A DNA stretch of 64,000 nucleotides from Candidatus Zixiibacteriota bacterium (GCA_024280835.1 JAJRPJ010000018.1:69537-133536), one strand, 5' to 3'; shown: positions 1 to 9,660, counted from the stretch's first letter. The notes: a model not told the origin generated them from the letters alone. Program-made: numbers and translations.

Positions 1-774
1 GTCCATGCGACGATCAAGATTTGCATCAGCTGCAATCAATTCCGGTGTTTCGACAACGTAGGCGTGGGCTCGTTTCCGTCTGCGGAAAAACATCTCTTCC
101 AGTCTCGAATCGGAAGCGGCGCTCTTTAACTCGATATCGGCCAACAGGGCATAGCTCTTGTCTTCGGATAATTCGTAGATTGAAAAGCCATCAGCAGTCG
201 GAATGACTAGCTCAAAACCAGGCAGGCCATTTAGCTCCAAAACAAAGTCCAAGATCAACGCCCCGCGAAAGTCTGACGCGCGGTACATGGTTTCTTTGCG
301 AATAATTCTCTTGGGAGAAACAGGACTTGAGCCACTCAATTCAATAACTCGAACCCCATTGTTGTCCAAAAAGACTATTTCGTCGCTCTTATCATTATCG
401 ATATTGGCAACTTGGAACTGTGCGGCAGAGGACGGCAGGGGACTCACATAGGTTGGCGACGAATTGAAGCCGGTGGCTTTATCTTGCAGGAACCAACCTA
501 AGAATCGACGATGGTCACGTATTTTTGTCGGAAGATAGATAATCCCCACGTCGCCAAGACCATCACCGTTGAAATCACCGATCAGAGTTCCGAGTGTCCA
601 GCCCTCAACTGAAAGTTCGCGGACAACAAATTGTTCTTAATCCGCCGCTTCTGTCACAGATATAGCAGTCAACATCAGCCCGAGGAGAAGACAACCAATA
701 GCTCCTAGCTGTTTGTATAGGCGCCTCAAAGGTGGGCGCGAAGATTTGGAATGTGATTGTGATTGAAACAACAT
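1..774 (-). pseudogene. FG-GAP/VCBS-like repeat secreted protein (3' end off-window). The signal-peptide segment (774..640) and the repeat body (636..1) are separated by one in-frame TAA (639..637).
   Basis: The minus-strand frame is open from 636 to the window edge. Its translation EQFVVRELSVEGWTLGTLIGDFNGDGLGDVGIIYL...VANIDNDKSDEIVFLDNNG carries FG-GAP/VCBS-type loops. In the same frame upstream, ATG at 774 gives MLFQSQSHSKSSRPPLRRLYKQLGAIGCLLLGLMLTAISVTEAAD, a signal peptide with n/h/c regions, followed by TAA. Confidence 0.55.
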
Positions 775-980
775 AACTAAGAGAATATAATGTTTTGTAA
801 ACTTAATCAAAGAATTACACACTTAACTAAGTTCAAGGTCAATTTCCTGTTTTCTTCTAATTTCAGTAATCGTTTTCGATAACCATTTTCAATAAGCATC
901 GCTTGAACAACTACTATCTGGCGCTTCTTTTCATACGTCTTTATTGTCGCCATGGCGTCAATAAAACTTGTAATTAGGCC

Positions 981-2624
981 TTAATAAACTCTAGTTGGGC
1001 TATTCCACCAAAAACGGCTCAATCCTCTGTTTGTCCCTATCCAAAGATAATCACCGGCGAACTCAACCGCAGAGATATCATTCGACGCCAAACCATCAGT
1101 CTCGGTCAACCTCACATCGATGAATTTCTTTCTCTTGCCATCGCTATCACTATAGGGAATTAGCACAAGACCAGACCTAGTCCCGATGGCAACGAGTTCA
1201 TCGTTTATCGCCATTGAAGTATGATCGGTGAAGTAATTGATTTCGAGATAGGATTCACTCTCACCTGTTTGCAATCCGATTCTGACCAGACCTCCATCGG
1301 CCATTAACCAAATATCTGAGCCATGCACTCGTATTTCATAGACATATCCACTGAGAATCAACTCAGGGTCTGTCATCTTCTTCAATTTCAAAGTTTTGAC
1401 GTTTAAGCGATAGGCTCCATTCTCGGCGCCAATCCAGATATAGCGTGGTCTCGTTTTGCTAACTGTTCTTTTTTTGAGCTTGCTGGTGAAATACTCCGGC
1501 TCCAAAGCAAACACATGAAAGTTAGTCAGATAACTCCGTTGCAAAGAAACTGCTCCTGTTGTGTCGCTATATAATATGCCCAATCCTGATTCAGTGGCCA
1601 CAATGATAGTATCACCATAACCAATAGCGTCATTGACTTGTGTATTCGGTAGCCCGCTGGATTTGTCGTAATAGGCCAAAAGCGTGTGACTGTCTTTGCT
1701 GAACTCATGGAGCCCATATACTGAACCTGCAAATATCGACCTTTGAGATTCACTCAGAGAGGCAATATCAATTTCTGGGAAATTATAAGTGATGCCTTGT
1801 TCAATATAATCAAAGGCGCCTGTTCTTAGATCGAGTCTGGTTATACCATTTCGAACTAGTCCGCCACGTGTAATACCACCTTGCAATGAGGAGCCGAGAT
1901 ACCCGCCAACATAGAGGCTCTGATCCACTGCCAATAATGAGCTAACCTGGTCCTGCAATATACCAAAAGTCAAAAACTCTATATCACCACCATCGATTTC
2001 ACTACGCGCCAAGCCGAAACCTTGGATACTCATCCAGAGGTAGCCAAATTTGTCCCTATAGGGGGGATCGATAATAAATTGACGACCTACAGCATCCATC
2101 AGAATGCCGTCAGGAAAATATGTATAGCCATGTGGGGGATTGTGAATTGGTTCAAAATCTACATATGAGCCTGTAGCTCTAGGCATCGATTCTCTGGAGC
2201 TAGACACCCAATATCCAAAAACCCTTTCATAGAGAAAGACACCAAACTCTGTTTCCGCCCACAATTTTTCATCATCAAAAGATACAGCCATGCGGAGGAT
2301 AACTGTTCCGACTAGGCCGTTGTTCATGCTAAGTGGCTCAATAAATTCACGGTTGATAATGTCGTAGCGCAAGATGCCAGAAGGTCCACCGAAATAGGCA
2401 AAGAACTCAGTAGTCGTAATTGCAGTCGTATTGTTGTATGAACCAATAGTCAGAAAGTCTTTGGGATAAGTATCTAGTGATCTCCACTGCGCGTGGCTAA
2501 CCTTTGGAATCAACCAACAGCCCGCAGTAATAACTAGAGCTATTAACGCCACACGCAGATGTCGTAACTCTCTCACAGAATCGGACCAAAGCTTCTTCTG
2601 AAGATTTTTTCTATTGAAAACCAT
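981..2624 (-). CDS. Membrane-anchored beta-propeller protein with Reg_prop (two-component regulator propeller)-like blades
   Basis: 547-aa ORF starting at ATG 2624. N-terminal anchor LRVALIALVITAGCWLI. Recurrent blade motifs YLWIGTNRGLSRFW, IWLMADGGLVRI, IWIGAENGAYRL and ATESGLGILY. Confidence 0.6.
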   Translation of the reverse strand: MVFNRKNLQKKLWSDSVRELRHLRVALIALVITAGCWLIPKVSHAQWRSLDTYPKDFLTIGSYNNTTAITTTEFFAYFGGPSGILRYDIINREFIEPLSMNNGLVGTVILRMAVSFDDEKLWAETEFGVFLYERVFGYWVSSSRESMPRATGSYVDFEPIHNPPHGYTYFPDGILMDAVGRQFIIDPPYRDKFGYLWMSIQGFGLARSEIDGGDIEFLTFGILQDQVSSLLAVDQSLYVGGYLGSSLQGGITRGGLVRNGITRLDLRTGAFDYIEQGITYNFPEIDIASLSESQRSIFAGSVYGLHEFSKDSHTLLAYYDKSSGLPNTQVNDAIGYGDTIIVATESGLGILYSDTTGAVSLQRSYLTNFHVFALEPEYFTSKLKKRTVSKTRPRYIWIGAENGAYRLNVKTLKLKKMTDPELILSGYVYEIRVHGSDIWLMADGGLVRIGLQTGESESYLEINYFTDHTSMAINDELVAIGTRSGLVLIPYSDSDGKRKKFIDVRLTETDGLASNDISAVEFAGDYLWIGTNRGLSRFWWNSPTRVY

Positions 2625-2728
2625 GGATGCTAACGCTTCTGATTATTCCGCTCTGGTAAATTTGATTTGTTTATTTCTTGTGGCTTTTTCTTCGGTGGGT
2701 TGCTCTTTGGCGAGTTTCTCTTTGAAGA

Positions 2729-4009
2729 CTAAGCGTAAGACTCCAGCGCCACCAAAACTGTTTTCGTCATCAGAGCGACACCATAATATATAGCCTCTTC
2801 GTCCACAACGAAACGATCAGAATGCCAGCCTTCGGTAGCTCCGATTGATGGATTTCGAATTCCCAAACGCACTTGGGCGCCTGGAACATGCTCAAGATAA
2901 CAGGCAAAATCTTCCCCCCCGAGAACTTGATCGGTTTCTACAACACGGCCTTTACCAAATAGCGCCGTAAAAGATTCGGCGAAACACTGATTGACATGGG
3001 GTGTATTTGAAAGTGATGGATATTCTGCAATCACATCCACCGACCCTGTGGCGCCATAGGATTTACATATCCCGCTAACACAGCGTTTGATAGACTTCAG
3101 CGCGTTCTTGGCGTCAGCGTCATGCATCGCCCGCAAAGTCAAAGTCAGTTTGGCGTTGGCGGCAATGACGTTTCTAGCTGTTCCTGCCTCAATTTTTCCA
3201 ACTGTCACTGCAACTGGATGAAGCGGATCTATTTCGCGACTGACTATTCGCTGCAGGGTAGTGATTACTTCTGCTGCCACGACAATAGCGTCAACTCCTT
3301 CATAGGCCCGCGCCGCATGAGCCGAACTGCCAGTAATTGTGACGTCAATATCGGTTACCGAGGCCATCGTTGCGCCATCACGTAGACCAATCTTCCCAGT
3401 TTTGACCCGTGGGTCAACATGCAATCCAAGTATGCAACAAACAGTTGGGTTGATAAGCGCTCCCTCCTCAATTAGAGGTCTAGCGCCACCAGGCGGAGTT
3501 TCTTCGGCGGGCTGGAACAGAAAACGGACATTGCCAGAGATATGTTCATTTATTCCAGAAAGTAACTTTGCAGTTCCCAGAACTGTTGCCATGTGGGTGT
3601 CATGTCCACAGGCGTGCATTTTACCTGGCTTAGTTGACGCAAACGGCAAACCTGTTTTCTCCAGAATCGGCAGAGCGTCAATATCGGTGCGCACTGCAAT
3701 CGTTGGGCCTGATTTTGCGCCTGTCAGTTCGGTCAAAATTCCTGTGGGAGCTTTCAGAGAAAAAGGCTTCAGTCCAAACTTGGAGAGTTCTTTTTTGAGA
3801 TATTTTGTCGTCTCAAATTCATAATTGGATAATTCGGGATTGCGATGCAGATGCCGACGCACATCTACCAAATACGGATGTAGCGCCTTGGCCTCTTTGA
3901 GAATGAGTGAGTCCAGTTCGGCTGGGCTGAGAGATGTTTGCTTAGCTGATACTTGTTTTGCAGATATTTGTTTTACAGATACTTTGTTTCTTTTGGCCAC
4001 TCTCATCAT
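2729..4009 (-). CDS. M20D-family amidohydrolase (N-acyl-L-amino acid amidohydrolase / hippurate hydrolase-like)
   Basis: Family motifs HLHRNPELSNYEFETTKYL, MHACGHDTHMA and RFLFQPAEE, plus the C-terminal GGEDFA. Confidence 0.85.
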   Translation of the reverse strand: MMRVAKRNKVSVKQISAKQVSAKQTSLSPAELDSLILKEAKALHPYLVDVRRHLHRNPELSNYEFETTKYLKKELSKFGLKPFSLKAPTGILTELTGAKSGPTIAVRTDIDALPILEKTGLPFASTKPGKMHACGHDTHMATVLGTAKLLSGINEHISGNVRFLFQPAEETPPGGARPLIEEGALINPTVCCILGLHVDPRVKTGKIGLRDGATMASVTDIDVTITGSSAHAARAYEGVDAIVVAAEVITTLQRIVSREIDPLHPVAVTVGKIEAGTARNVIAANAKLTLTLRAMHDADAKNALKSIKRCVSGICKSYGATGSVDVIAEYPSLSNTPHVNQCFAESFTALFGKGRVVETDQVLGGEDFACYLEHVPGAQVRLGIRNPSIGATEGWHSDRFVVDEEAIYYGVALMTKTVLVALESYA

Positions 4010-4152
4010 CCTCTTTAGTCTTGCTACACTCTTGCGTCTTAGTTAGGTCTCGTTTTCTTTGCGCTCTCGCTCAGATTGAGAGCGAAATCTTGTAGCCAGC
4101 AAATGAGCGATACGTATTGGCTCTGGTGTGCGGAACCCACGTAGCATCCGAA

Positions 4153-4749
4153 TCACCAATTGTGTTGAATCATCCAAACCGATCTTGTATCCAGGAGATA
4201 TATATATATCGATTTGACACCCTCTTTGGCGCGTAGCGCAACGCCAATCTCTCGACTATCTCGCACAACTTTAGACTGCGAATGCTTCTGCCGCCTCACT
4301 CTCGGTTTCTCAGCTGGCGGAATCTTCCGTGAACAGCCGATTGTTGGTATATCATACATAATTCCAAGATGAGTTGCGATACCAATTCCGTTAATGCCGC
4401 TAATTCCTTCACCATGTACCATTATCAAATCTGGATGCGCTTCAATCTTATCCAGCGCCTGAGTGATAACCTGTCCCTCTCGAAAAGAGGATATCTCTGG
4501 ATTACGTGGGAAAGGAATCTCCGCTGATACCAAGCTACGCTCAATTTCAGTTAGAACTGGATAACGAAAAAGAACCGCGGCGCAGTAAACCCTGTGAGAA
4601 GATTCTCTAAAAGCACATTCTATCCCCAAAACTAGACCACTATCGGAAACGGAGCCATATAGGTCCGCTTTCGGCGCCAAAAAGCTCTCTTGAATCTGGA
4701 CGATTTCAGAATATCGTCTTGGCCATTTATGAATGTTTGCAGGTTTCAT
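4153..4749 (-). CDS. Endonuclease V-like protein, divergent
   Basis: The block IPFPRNPEISSFREGQVITQALDKIEAHPDLIMVHGEGISGINGIGIATHLGIMYDIPTIGCSRK is colinear with the EndoV core as I recall it (PYIPGFLSFRE...[24 protein letters not shown]...PTIGVAKK). Confidence 0.65.
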   Translation of the reverse strand: MKPANIHKWPRRYSEIVQIQESFLAPKADLYGSVSDSGLVLGIECAFRESSHRVYCAAVLFRYPVLTEIERSLVSAEIPFPRNPEISSFREGQVITQALDKIEAHPDLIMVHGEGISGINGIGIATHLGIMYDIPTIGCSRKIPPAEKPRVRRQKHSQSKVVRDSREIGVALRAKEGVKSIYIYLLDTRSVWMIQHNW

Positions 4750-4981
4750 ATGTATTTATTCTAAAGAGTTATTCTATGTGTATCATGTTCGATTGAGATT
4801 TGAAAGGACATCGCATTCTTCAATACCATAAACCTCATAAATTTGATTCTGTTTCCATTTCTGTGAAATCAATTTCTTGAAATCCTACGGTCTCACAGTT
4901 TATACACCTTTGGGAGAGAACATCGCCAATTCAAAACTGCGGTTATTCTACATTGAAATCTGCTAGCGATATAGGTTGACC

Positions 4982-5010
4982 TTGACAATTCAAACCAGAT
5001 GGGCTATCAT
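4982..5010 (+). promoter_or_regulatory. Sigma70-type promoter candidate upstream of mntH
   Basis: TTGACA (4982-4987), a 17-nt spacer, then TATCAT (5005-5010), about 100 nt upstream of ATG 5107. Confidence 0.45.
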
Positions 5011-5018
5011 CTTGCAAA

Positions 5019-5038
5019 TTGTTACCCTAAGGTAACAA
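5019..5038 (+). promoter_or_regulatory. Perfect 8-4-8 palindrome, candidate metalloregulator operator
   Basis: TTGTTACC-ctaa-GGTAACAA lies immediately downstream of the -10 element, placed to block transcription of the Mn/Fe transporter gene. Confidence 0.4.
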
Positions 5039-5106
5039 ACAGAGCGTGTCTGGCCCAGATATGCTGGGCTAACAATAAACGAGATTAGAGATGATAGATA
5101 TCAATA

Positions 5107-7002
5107 ATGAGTAGCGATGTACGCGGACAGGTGCCTGTTAAGAAGGGCAGTTGGTTTCGTCGCCTTTTTTCATTCCTTGGCCCAGCTTACCTTGTAAGTA
5201 TTGGCTATATGGACCCTGGCAACTGGGCGACTTCTATCGAAGGCGGCGCCAAGTTTGGCTATGCCTTGCTGTGGATAATCCTGATGTCCAACTTGATGGC
5301 TTTGGTCTTGCAGACACTCTCGGCTCGGTTGGGAATTGTCACTGGCTTCGACCTTGCACAAGGCTGTCGTCGTGAGTATCCAAAATCAGTTAACCTCTTC
5401 TTGTGGGTTCTGGCGGAAATCGCGATTGCCGCGACAGATCTTGCGGAGGTAATCGGAACAATAATCGGCCTCAACCTCCTTTTCGGTATGCCACTACTCT
5501 GGGGCGCAGCAATCACGGCATTCGATACATTCTTGTTGTTAGCTATTCTGCGTTTGGGAGTTCGGCGCATGGAGGCCTTTATTGTAATGCTAGTAGCGAC
5601 AATTGGGGGTTGCTTTGTGATAGAGATATTTTTTGCCGAGCCGAGCTGGCGGGGAATCGCCAGCGGCTTCATTCCTCACATTGACAGTTCGTCCCTGTAT
5701 ATCGCTATCGGAATCATCGGCGCAACAGTCATGCCCCACAACCTATACCTGCATTCGTCATTGGTGCAATCGCGTAAGATTTCCAAAACTTTTTCGGCAA
5801 GACTCGCGGCGTGTAAGTTTAACCTGATTGATACGACAATCGCTCTAAATGCCGCTTTCTTCGTCAACGCTTCTATTCTAGTGATGGCGGCGGCGGTGTT
5901 CTTCAGTCGTGGCATCGAAGTGACAGAGATTCAACAGGCGCATGAGCTATTGGCTCCGATACTGGGCAATAAAATAGCGCCTATCGCTTTTGCCATCGCT
6001 CTTCTTGCCGCTGGACAAAGCTCAACATTGACAGGAACCCTCAGCGGCCAAATTGTCATGGAAGGTTTTCTGAATATCAGACTCCGCCCTTGGCTGAGGC
6101 GTCTGCTAACACGCAGTATGGCTCTAATCCCAGCGGTGATCGTCATCGCACTTTATGGTAACGAGGGCATTTACGAAATGTTGATTCTTTCACAAGTTGT
6201 ACTCAGTCTGCAATTGCCCTTTGCGATTATTCCATTGATCCACTTCACATCTGACAAGAACAAAATGGGCCAATTCGCCAGCAAGCTCTGGCTCAAAATA
6301 GTGGCTTGGACTATCGCGGCGATTATCATCGCTCTTAACCTCAAGCTCGTTTTTGATGAACTAACTGGCTGGCTTTCCGATGAACCTCTCTGGGTCTGGT
6401 TTAGCACGATTCCAGTGACAGTGTTACTTCTCGCTGGCTTGTCATATATCACGTATCGTTCTTTCTCAAGAACCTCCACCAACTGGGTAGAAGCAGACCG
6501 CAAGACATTCGCGATCGAAAGTATCGCTAGCGAAATAAGGCCAGTCAAATACAGGCATATCGGCGTGGCGCTGGAGCATAGCGATGGTGACGCGGAAATC
6601 ATCTCTGCGGCTGTCTCTGTTATTTCCATGGCTAAACAACAATCTGTTTCCTTGACACTGATTCATGTTGTTGAAACTCCAGGCGCTCTTGTCCTTGGGT
6701 CTGAAAGCGACAGTTTACACTCGCGCGAGGATGAAGAGTATTTAGAGAGTTTGGCTGCTGAGATAGAAGAGCGCGATATTCTGGTGGACATAAGTATTAG
6801 CCAAGGAAATCCTGCCGAGGAAATCATCAAAGTAGTTGGTGAACTGAATATTGACTTCATGGTCTTCGGCGCACATGGTCATCAGGGATTAGGAGATATT
6901 GTCTTTGGTGAGACATCTTCACGAGTACGTCATGAGGTAGACATTCCCGTGCTTACAGTTCAGTTGAGCGCGCCAAAAATGGAACCGCCACAAAAATCCT
7001 AA
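5107..7002 (+). CDS. mntH: NRAMP-family divalent metal/H+ transporter fused to a C-terminal universal stress protein (USP) domain
   Basis: NRAMP signatures GYMDPGNWATSIEGGAKFGY and ATVMPHNLYLHSS, with multiple TM segments. The C-terminal ~140 aa (from ~6556) is USP-like: YRHIGVALEHSDGD...LTLIHVVE...FMVFGAHGHQGLGDIVFGETSSRVRHEVDIPVLTV. Confidence 0.9.
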   Translation: MSSDVRGQVPVKKGSWFRRLFSFLGPAYLVSIGYMDPGNWATSIEGGAKFGYALLWIILMSNLMALVLQTLSARLGIVTGFDLAQGCRREYPKSVNLFLWVLAEIAIAATDLAEVIGTIIGLNLLFGMPLLWGAAITAFDTFLLLAILRLGVRRMEAFIVMLVATIGGCFVIEIFFAEPSWRGIASGFIPHIDSSSLYIAIGIIGATVMPHNLYLHSSLVQSRKISKTFSARLAACKFNLIDTTIALNAAFFVNASILVMAAAVFFSRGIEVTEIQQAHELLAPILGNKIAPIAFAIALLAAGQSSTLTGTLSGQIVMEGFLNIRLRPWLRRLLTRSMALIPAVIVIALYGNEGIYEMLILSQVVLSLQLPFAIIPLIHFTSDKNKMGQFASKLWLKIVAWTIAAIIIALNLKLVFDELTGWLSDEPLWVWFSTIPVTVLLLAGLSYITYRSFSRTSTNWVEADRKTFAIESIASEIRPVKYRHIGVALEHSDGDAEIISAAVSVISMAKQQSVSLTLIHVVETPGALVLGSESDSLHSREDEEYLESLAAEIEERDILVDISISQGNPAEEIIKVVGELNIDFMVFGAHGHQGLGDIVFGETSSRVRHEVDIPVLTVQLSAPKMEPPQKS

Positions 7003-7015
7003 GCCTGTCACCCAA

Positions 7016-8155
7016 ATGCAACACATCGCTATCATCAATTCCAGGCAAGCTCTACGCCCGACAGGCGCCAGCGGATGGCTTCAAGCTACATCCGATGCAA
7101 TCAGAACACTTGCCACCGATAGCAATTGTGTATTTATCGCTTCACTTGATGAGATGACATATGAAATGACTCTGTACCAATTGGCTCAGGCCGGTGTCAC
7201 TATTGAAATCATTTTGACTAAGAATCAAATGAAAAAATGCGCAGAAGATGAAGAGTCACTCAATCGCTACCTTGCTTCTGAATTCAAATTGCAGACAAAG
7301 CGAACACGAATTCTGATTATCGAAGATGATGAAACACAGAAAAGTAATTCATCACATATCAGAGATAAAGCCATACTCCAGAGAGCCGATATGATAATCC
7401 CAATCTCGATTCGCTCGAAAGGTTTCTGGGAGGCTGAACTTAGTGGCGCCGCACACCGATCTACAAAAGTTGACCAACGTTTTCGAGTCCCCTACAAAAA
7501 AATCCAAACGACAATAAAACAGAATTACGAGAATCATCAAATCGATTTAGATACTGCAGCTTATCTAGAAAACTATTTGATTCATTGGACTCGGACTTCC
7601 AATCATCCTTGGCCGAGTGAAAAACGCTGGGAGTTTTATCGTGATTTATCCAACGCTCAAACATCCTATCCACGCTCAGCATTCTTCACACTACAGCGCA
7701 TCTTAAGTGAAAAACGAATCCGCGGCTCTGCCAGACACATGCCAAACTCTACCGCGATGGTCTCGCTAACAGCGGCCTCACTCTTTGAATCCGTGAGTCT
7801 GATGAAATACCGCGCCCGCTATCGAGAGATGACAATTGAACCTTTTGCAATCGCGATTCCACATGAATTCGCTGTATCCGTTGGCGCGCGAAGAATCAAA
7901 TACTGCTCAACCACTGAAATGAAATCATTCTCTAGAGAAGAAAAATTGTTTACTCACTCCAACGGCAGAACTAAACTCTCAGACTCAGAAAAATCGAAAG
8001 TTGCAGCATGGGAAAAAGAGCAAGAATGGAGGGTCTTGGGAGATATTGATTTGAAGAGTGTTTGGAGTGAGATTGTAGTATTGACAGAAAGTCAAACTCA
8101 GGCAGATGAAATTGAAAAGGTGTTTGGACTTAAAACACTTACAGTATTTGCTTAG
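7016..8155 (+). CDS. Hypothetical two-part protein (function unknown)
   Basis: 379-aa ORF 13 nt downstream of mntH on the same strand. No family is recognised with confidence; see the finding for this gene. Confidence 0.5.
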   Translation: MQHIAIINSRQALRPTGASGWLQATSDAIRTLATDSNCVFIASLDEMTYEMTLYQLAQAGVTIEIILTKNQMKKCAEDEESLNRYLASEFKLQTKRTRILIIEDDETQKSNSSHIRDKAILQRADMIIPISIRSKGFWEAELSGAAHRSTKVDQRFRVPYKKIQTTIKQNYENHQIDLDTAAYLENYLIHWTRTSNHPWPSEKRWEFYRDLSNAQTSYPRSAFFTLQRILSEKRIRGSARHMPNSTAMVSLTAASLFESVSLMKYRARYREMTIEPFAIAIPHEFAVSVGARRIKYCSTTEMKSFSREEKLFTHSNGRTKLSDSEKSKVAAWEKEQEWRVLGDIDLKSVWSEIVVLTESQTQADEIEKVFGLKTLTVFA

Positions 8156-8172
8156 CTTTTCAGGGCATGCAA

Positions 8173-9399
8173 CTATAACTCGTCGATTACCTCAAGGTAC
8201 CGACTTGCCCAGCGATTTCTCGAATGGTTATCACGAATATATTCGTGGTATCCCTGACCCAAACGATCGCCATCAATCTTGCCCGAACGTAATCTAAGAA
8301 TCAACTCACTCAAAGCGTCTGAATCACACGATTCGTATGTTAGCGCTCCACCAGCGCTGTCCAGCATGGCGCTAGCTTCACCATCGGGACAACCCAAGAT
8401 AATCGGTCGCCCAGAAGCCATATATTCGAACATCTTCGAAGGGACAGCCATGCGCGCTACGTCCACATCCTTGAGACATTCGACCAACACATCACTAGCG
8501 CGCAAGAAAAATGGAATATCATCAAGCGGCTGAATACCCGCGAATGAAACATTCGCTAATTTGTAGCGCTCGGTTAGTTCTTCAAGTTCGGCCTTCTTTT
8601 GGCCGTCACCAACGAAAACAAAATGGATATCTTTCTCATGCGCCAATTTCTTGGCGGTTTCAATGATTGTCTCCAGTGGCCTGACCAGTCCAAGTGTTCC
8701 AGAGTATGTGACTAGGAACTTATCCTTCCAGCCAAATCTCTTACGCACACCATTGGAGTGTCCAAAAATAAAGTCTTCGCCAACACCAGATTTCACAGTG
8801 ACGACACGCTTAGGCGATATCCCATATTCGTGCAGAAATTCACTGATTCCATCTGTGACAGAAACAATCTTGTCAGCACGTTTGTAGAGGAAACTCATCA
8901 CTCTACGAATAGATTTTGTGAATAGCGACTCATCAAGATTACCGAACTGAACGCCTGACTCTGGTTGCAAATCTCTTAACTCCAAAACGAAACGAGCTCT
9001 TTTTAAGCGGCTGATGAGATAACCAGCTACAGGAGTTGTCACGGGGGGGGAAGAGGCTATGACCAAATCAAATTTGCCTTTGAGGCGGAATGAATTGATC
9101 ACCGATGAAATCAAGAATGTTATGAAGCCTACCATCCTCCGTCTGGGATGGGCGTTTGAGGCTGGGAGAACGTATGAGCGCAACACATCAAGACCGTCGA
9201 GCTTTTCACGCACCAAGAACTTCCCTTTATAGCGCTCAGGGAGTATTCCATCAGGATAGTTAGGCATAGCCGTCAAGATAGTAACTTGATGACCGTGCTC
9301 CTGAAAGATTTTTGCAAATTCGAATAGGCGCCGAACAGCGCCTCTCTCTGGAGGAAAATATTGTGTTATTATTAGTATTCTCATATCATAAACGCCCAA
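8173..9399 (-). CDS. GT4-family glycosyltransferase (WbuB/WcaI-like); probable start ATG at 9384
   Basis: MRILIITQYFPPERGAVRRLFEFAKIFQEHGHQVTILT is a typical GT4 N-terminus. The C-terminal motif is PSKMFEYMASGRPIILG. Position 9399 is a TTG, whereas ATG 9384 begins MRILII. Confidence 0.85.
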   Translation of the reverse strand: MGVYDMRILIITQYFPPERGAVRRLFEFAKIFQEHGHQVTILTAMPNYPDGILPERYKGKFLVREKLDGLDVLRSYVLPASNAHPRRRMVGFITFLISSVINSFRLKGKFDLVIASSPPVTTPVAGYLISRLKRARFVLELRDLQPESGVQFGNLDESLFTKSIRRVMSFLYKRADKIVSVTDGISEFLHEYGISPKRVVTVKSGVGEDFIFGHSNGVRKRFGWKDKFLVTYSGTLGLVRPLETIIETAKKLAHEKDIHFVFVGDGQKKAELEELTERYKLANVSFAGIQPLDDIPFFLRASDVLVECLKDVDVARMAVPSKMFEYMASGRPIILGCPDGEASAMLDSAGGALTYESCDSDALSELILRLRSGKIDGDRLGQGYHEYIRDNHSRNRWASRYLEVIDEL

Positions 9400-9660
9400 C
9401 GATTGGCAAAGGTACCATCGAAGGCACTCAAAAGCAAGCCAATTCGTTTCTGGCGTAACCTATTTCCCTATAAAATGTTACAGAGCAACTTATGGCCCAA
9501 TATTGATGGATTCTATGTCCTTTGCAAAACAATCCGAATCGGACAATAAACCATGACTATAATCCGTCCATATATCCAGTTTATTGAAAGAGATTTTTTG
9601 AAGTGTAGCTTCAAAGGTTGAATTCAGCTTGGCGGCTAGAAGCGTAATTATGGTGGATAT

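Noticed and set aside
21-451. Plus-strand ORFs 21..206 and 203..451.
   Set aside because: They are Arg/Ser-rich and low-complexity, and antisense to the open minus-strand frame that encodes FG-GAP-like repeats.
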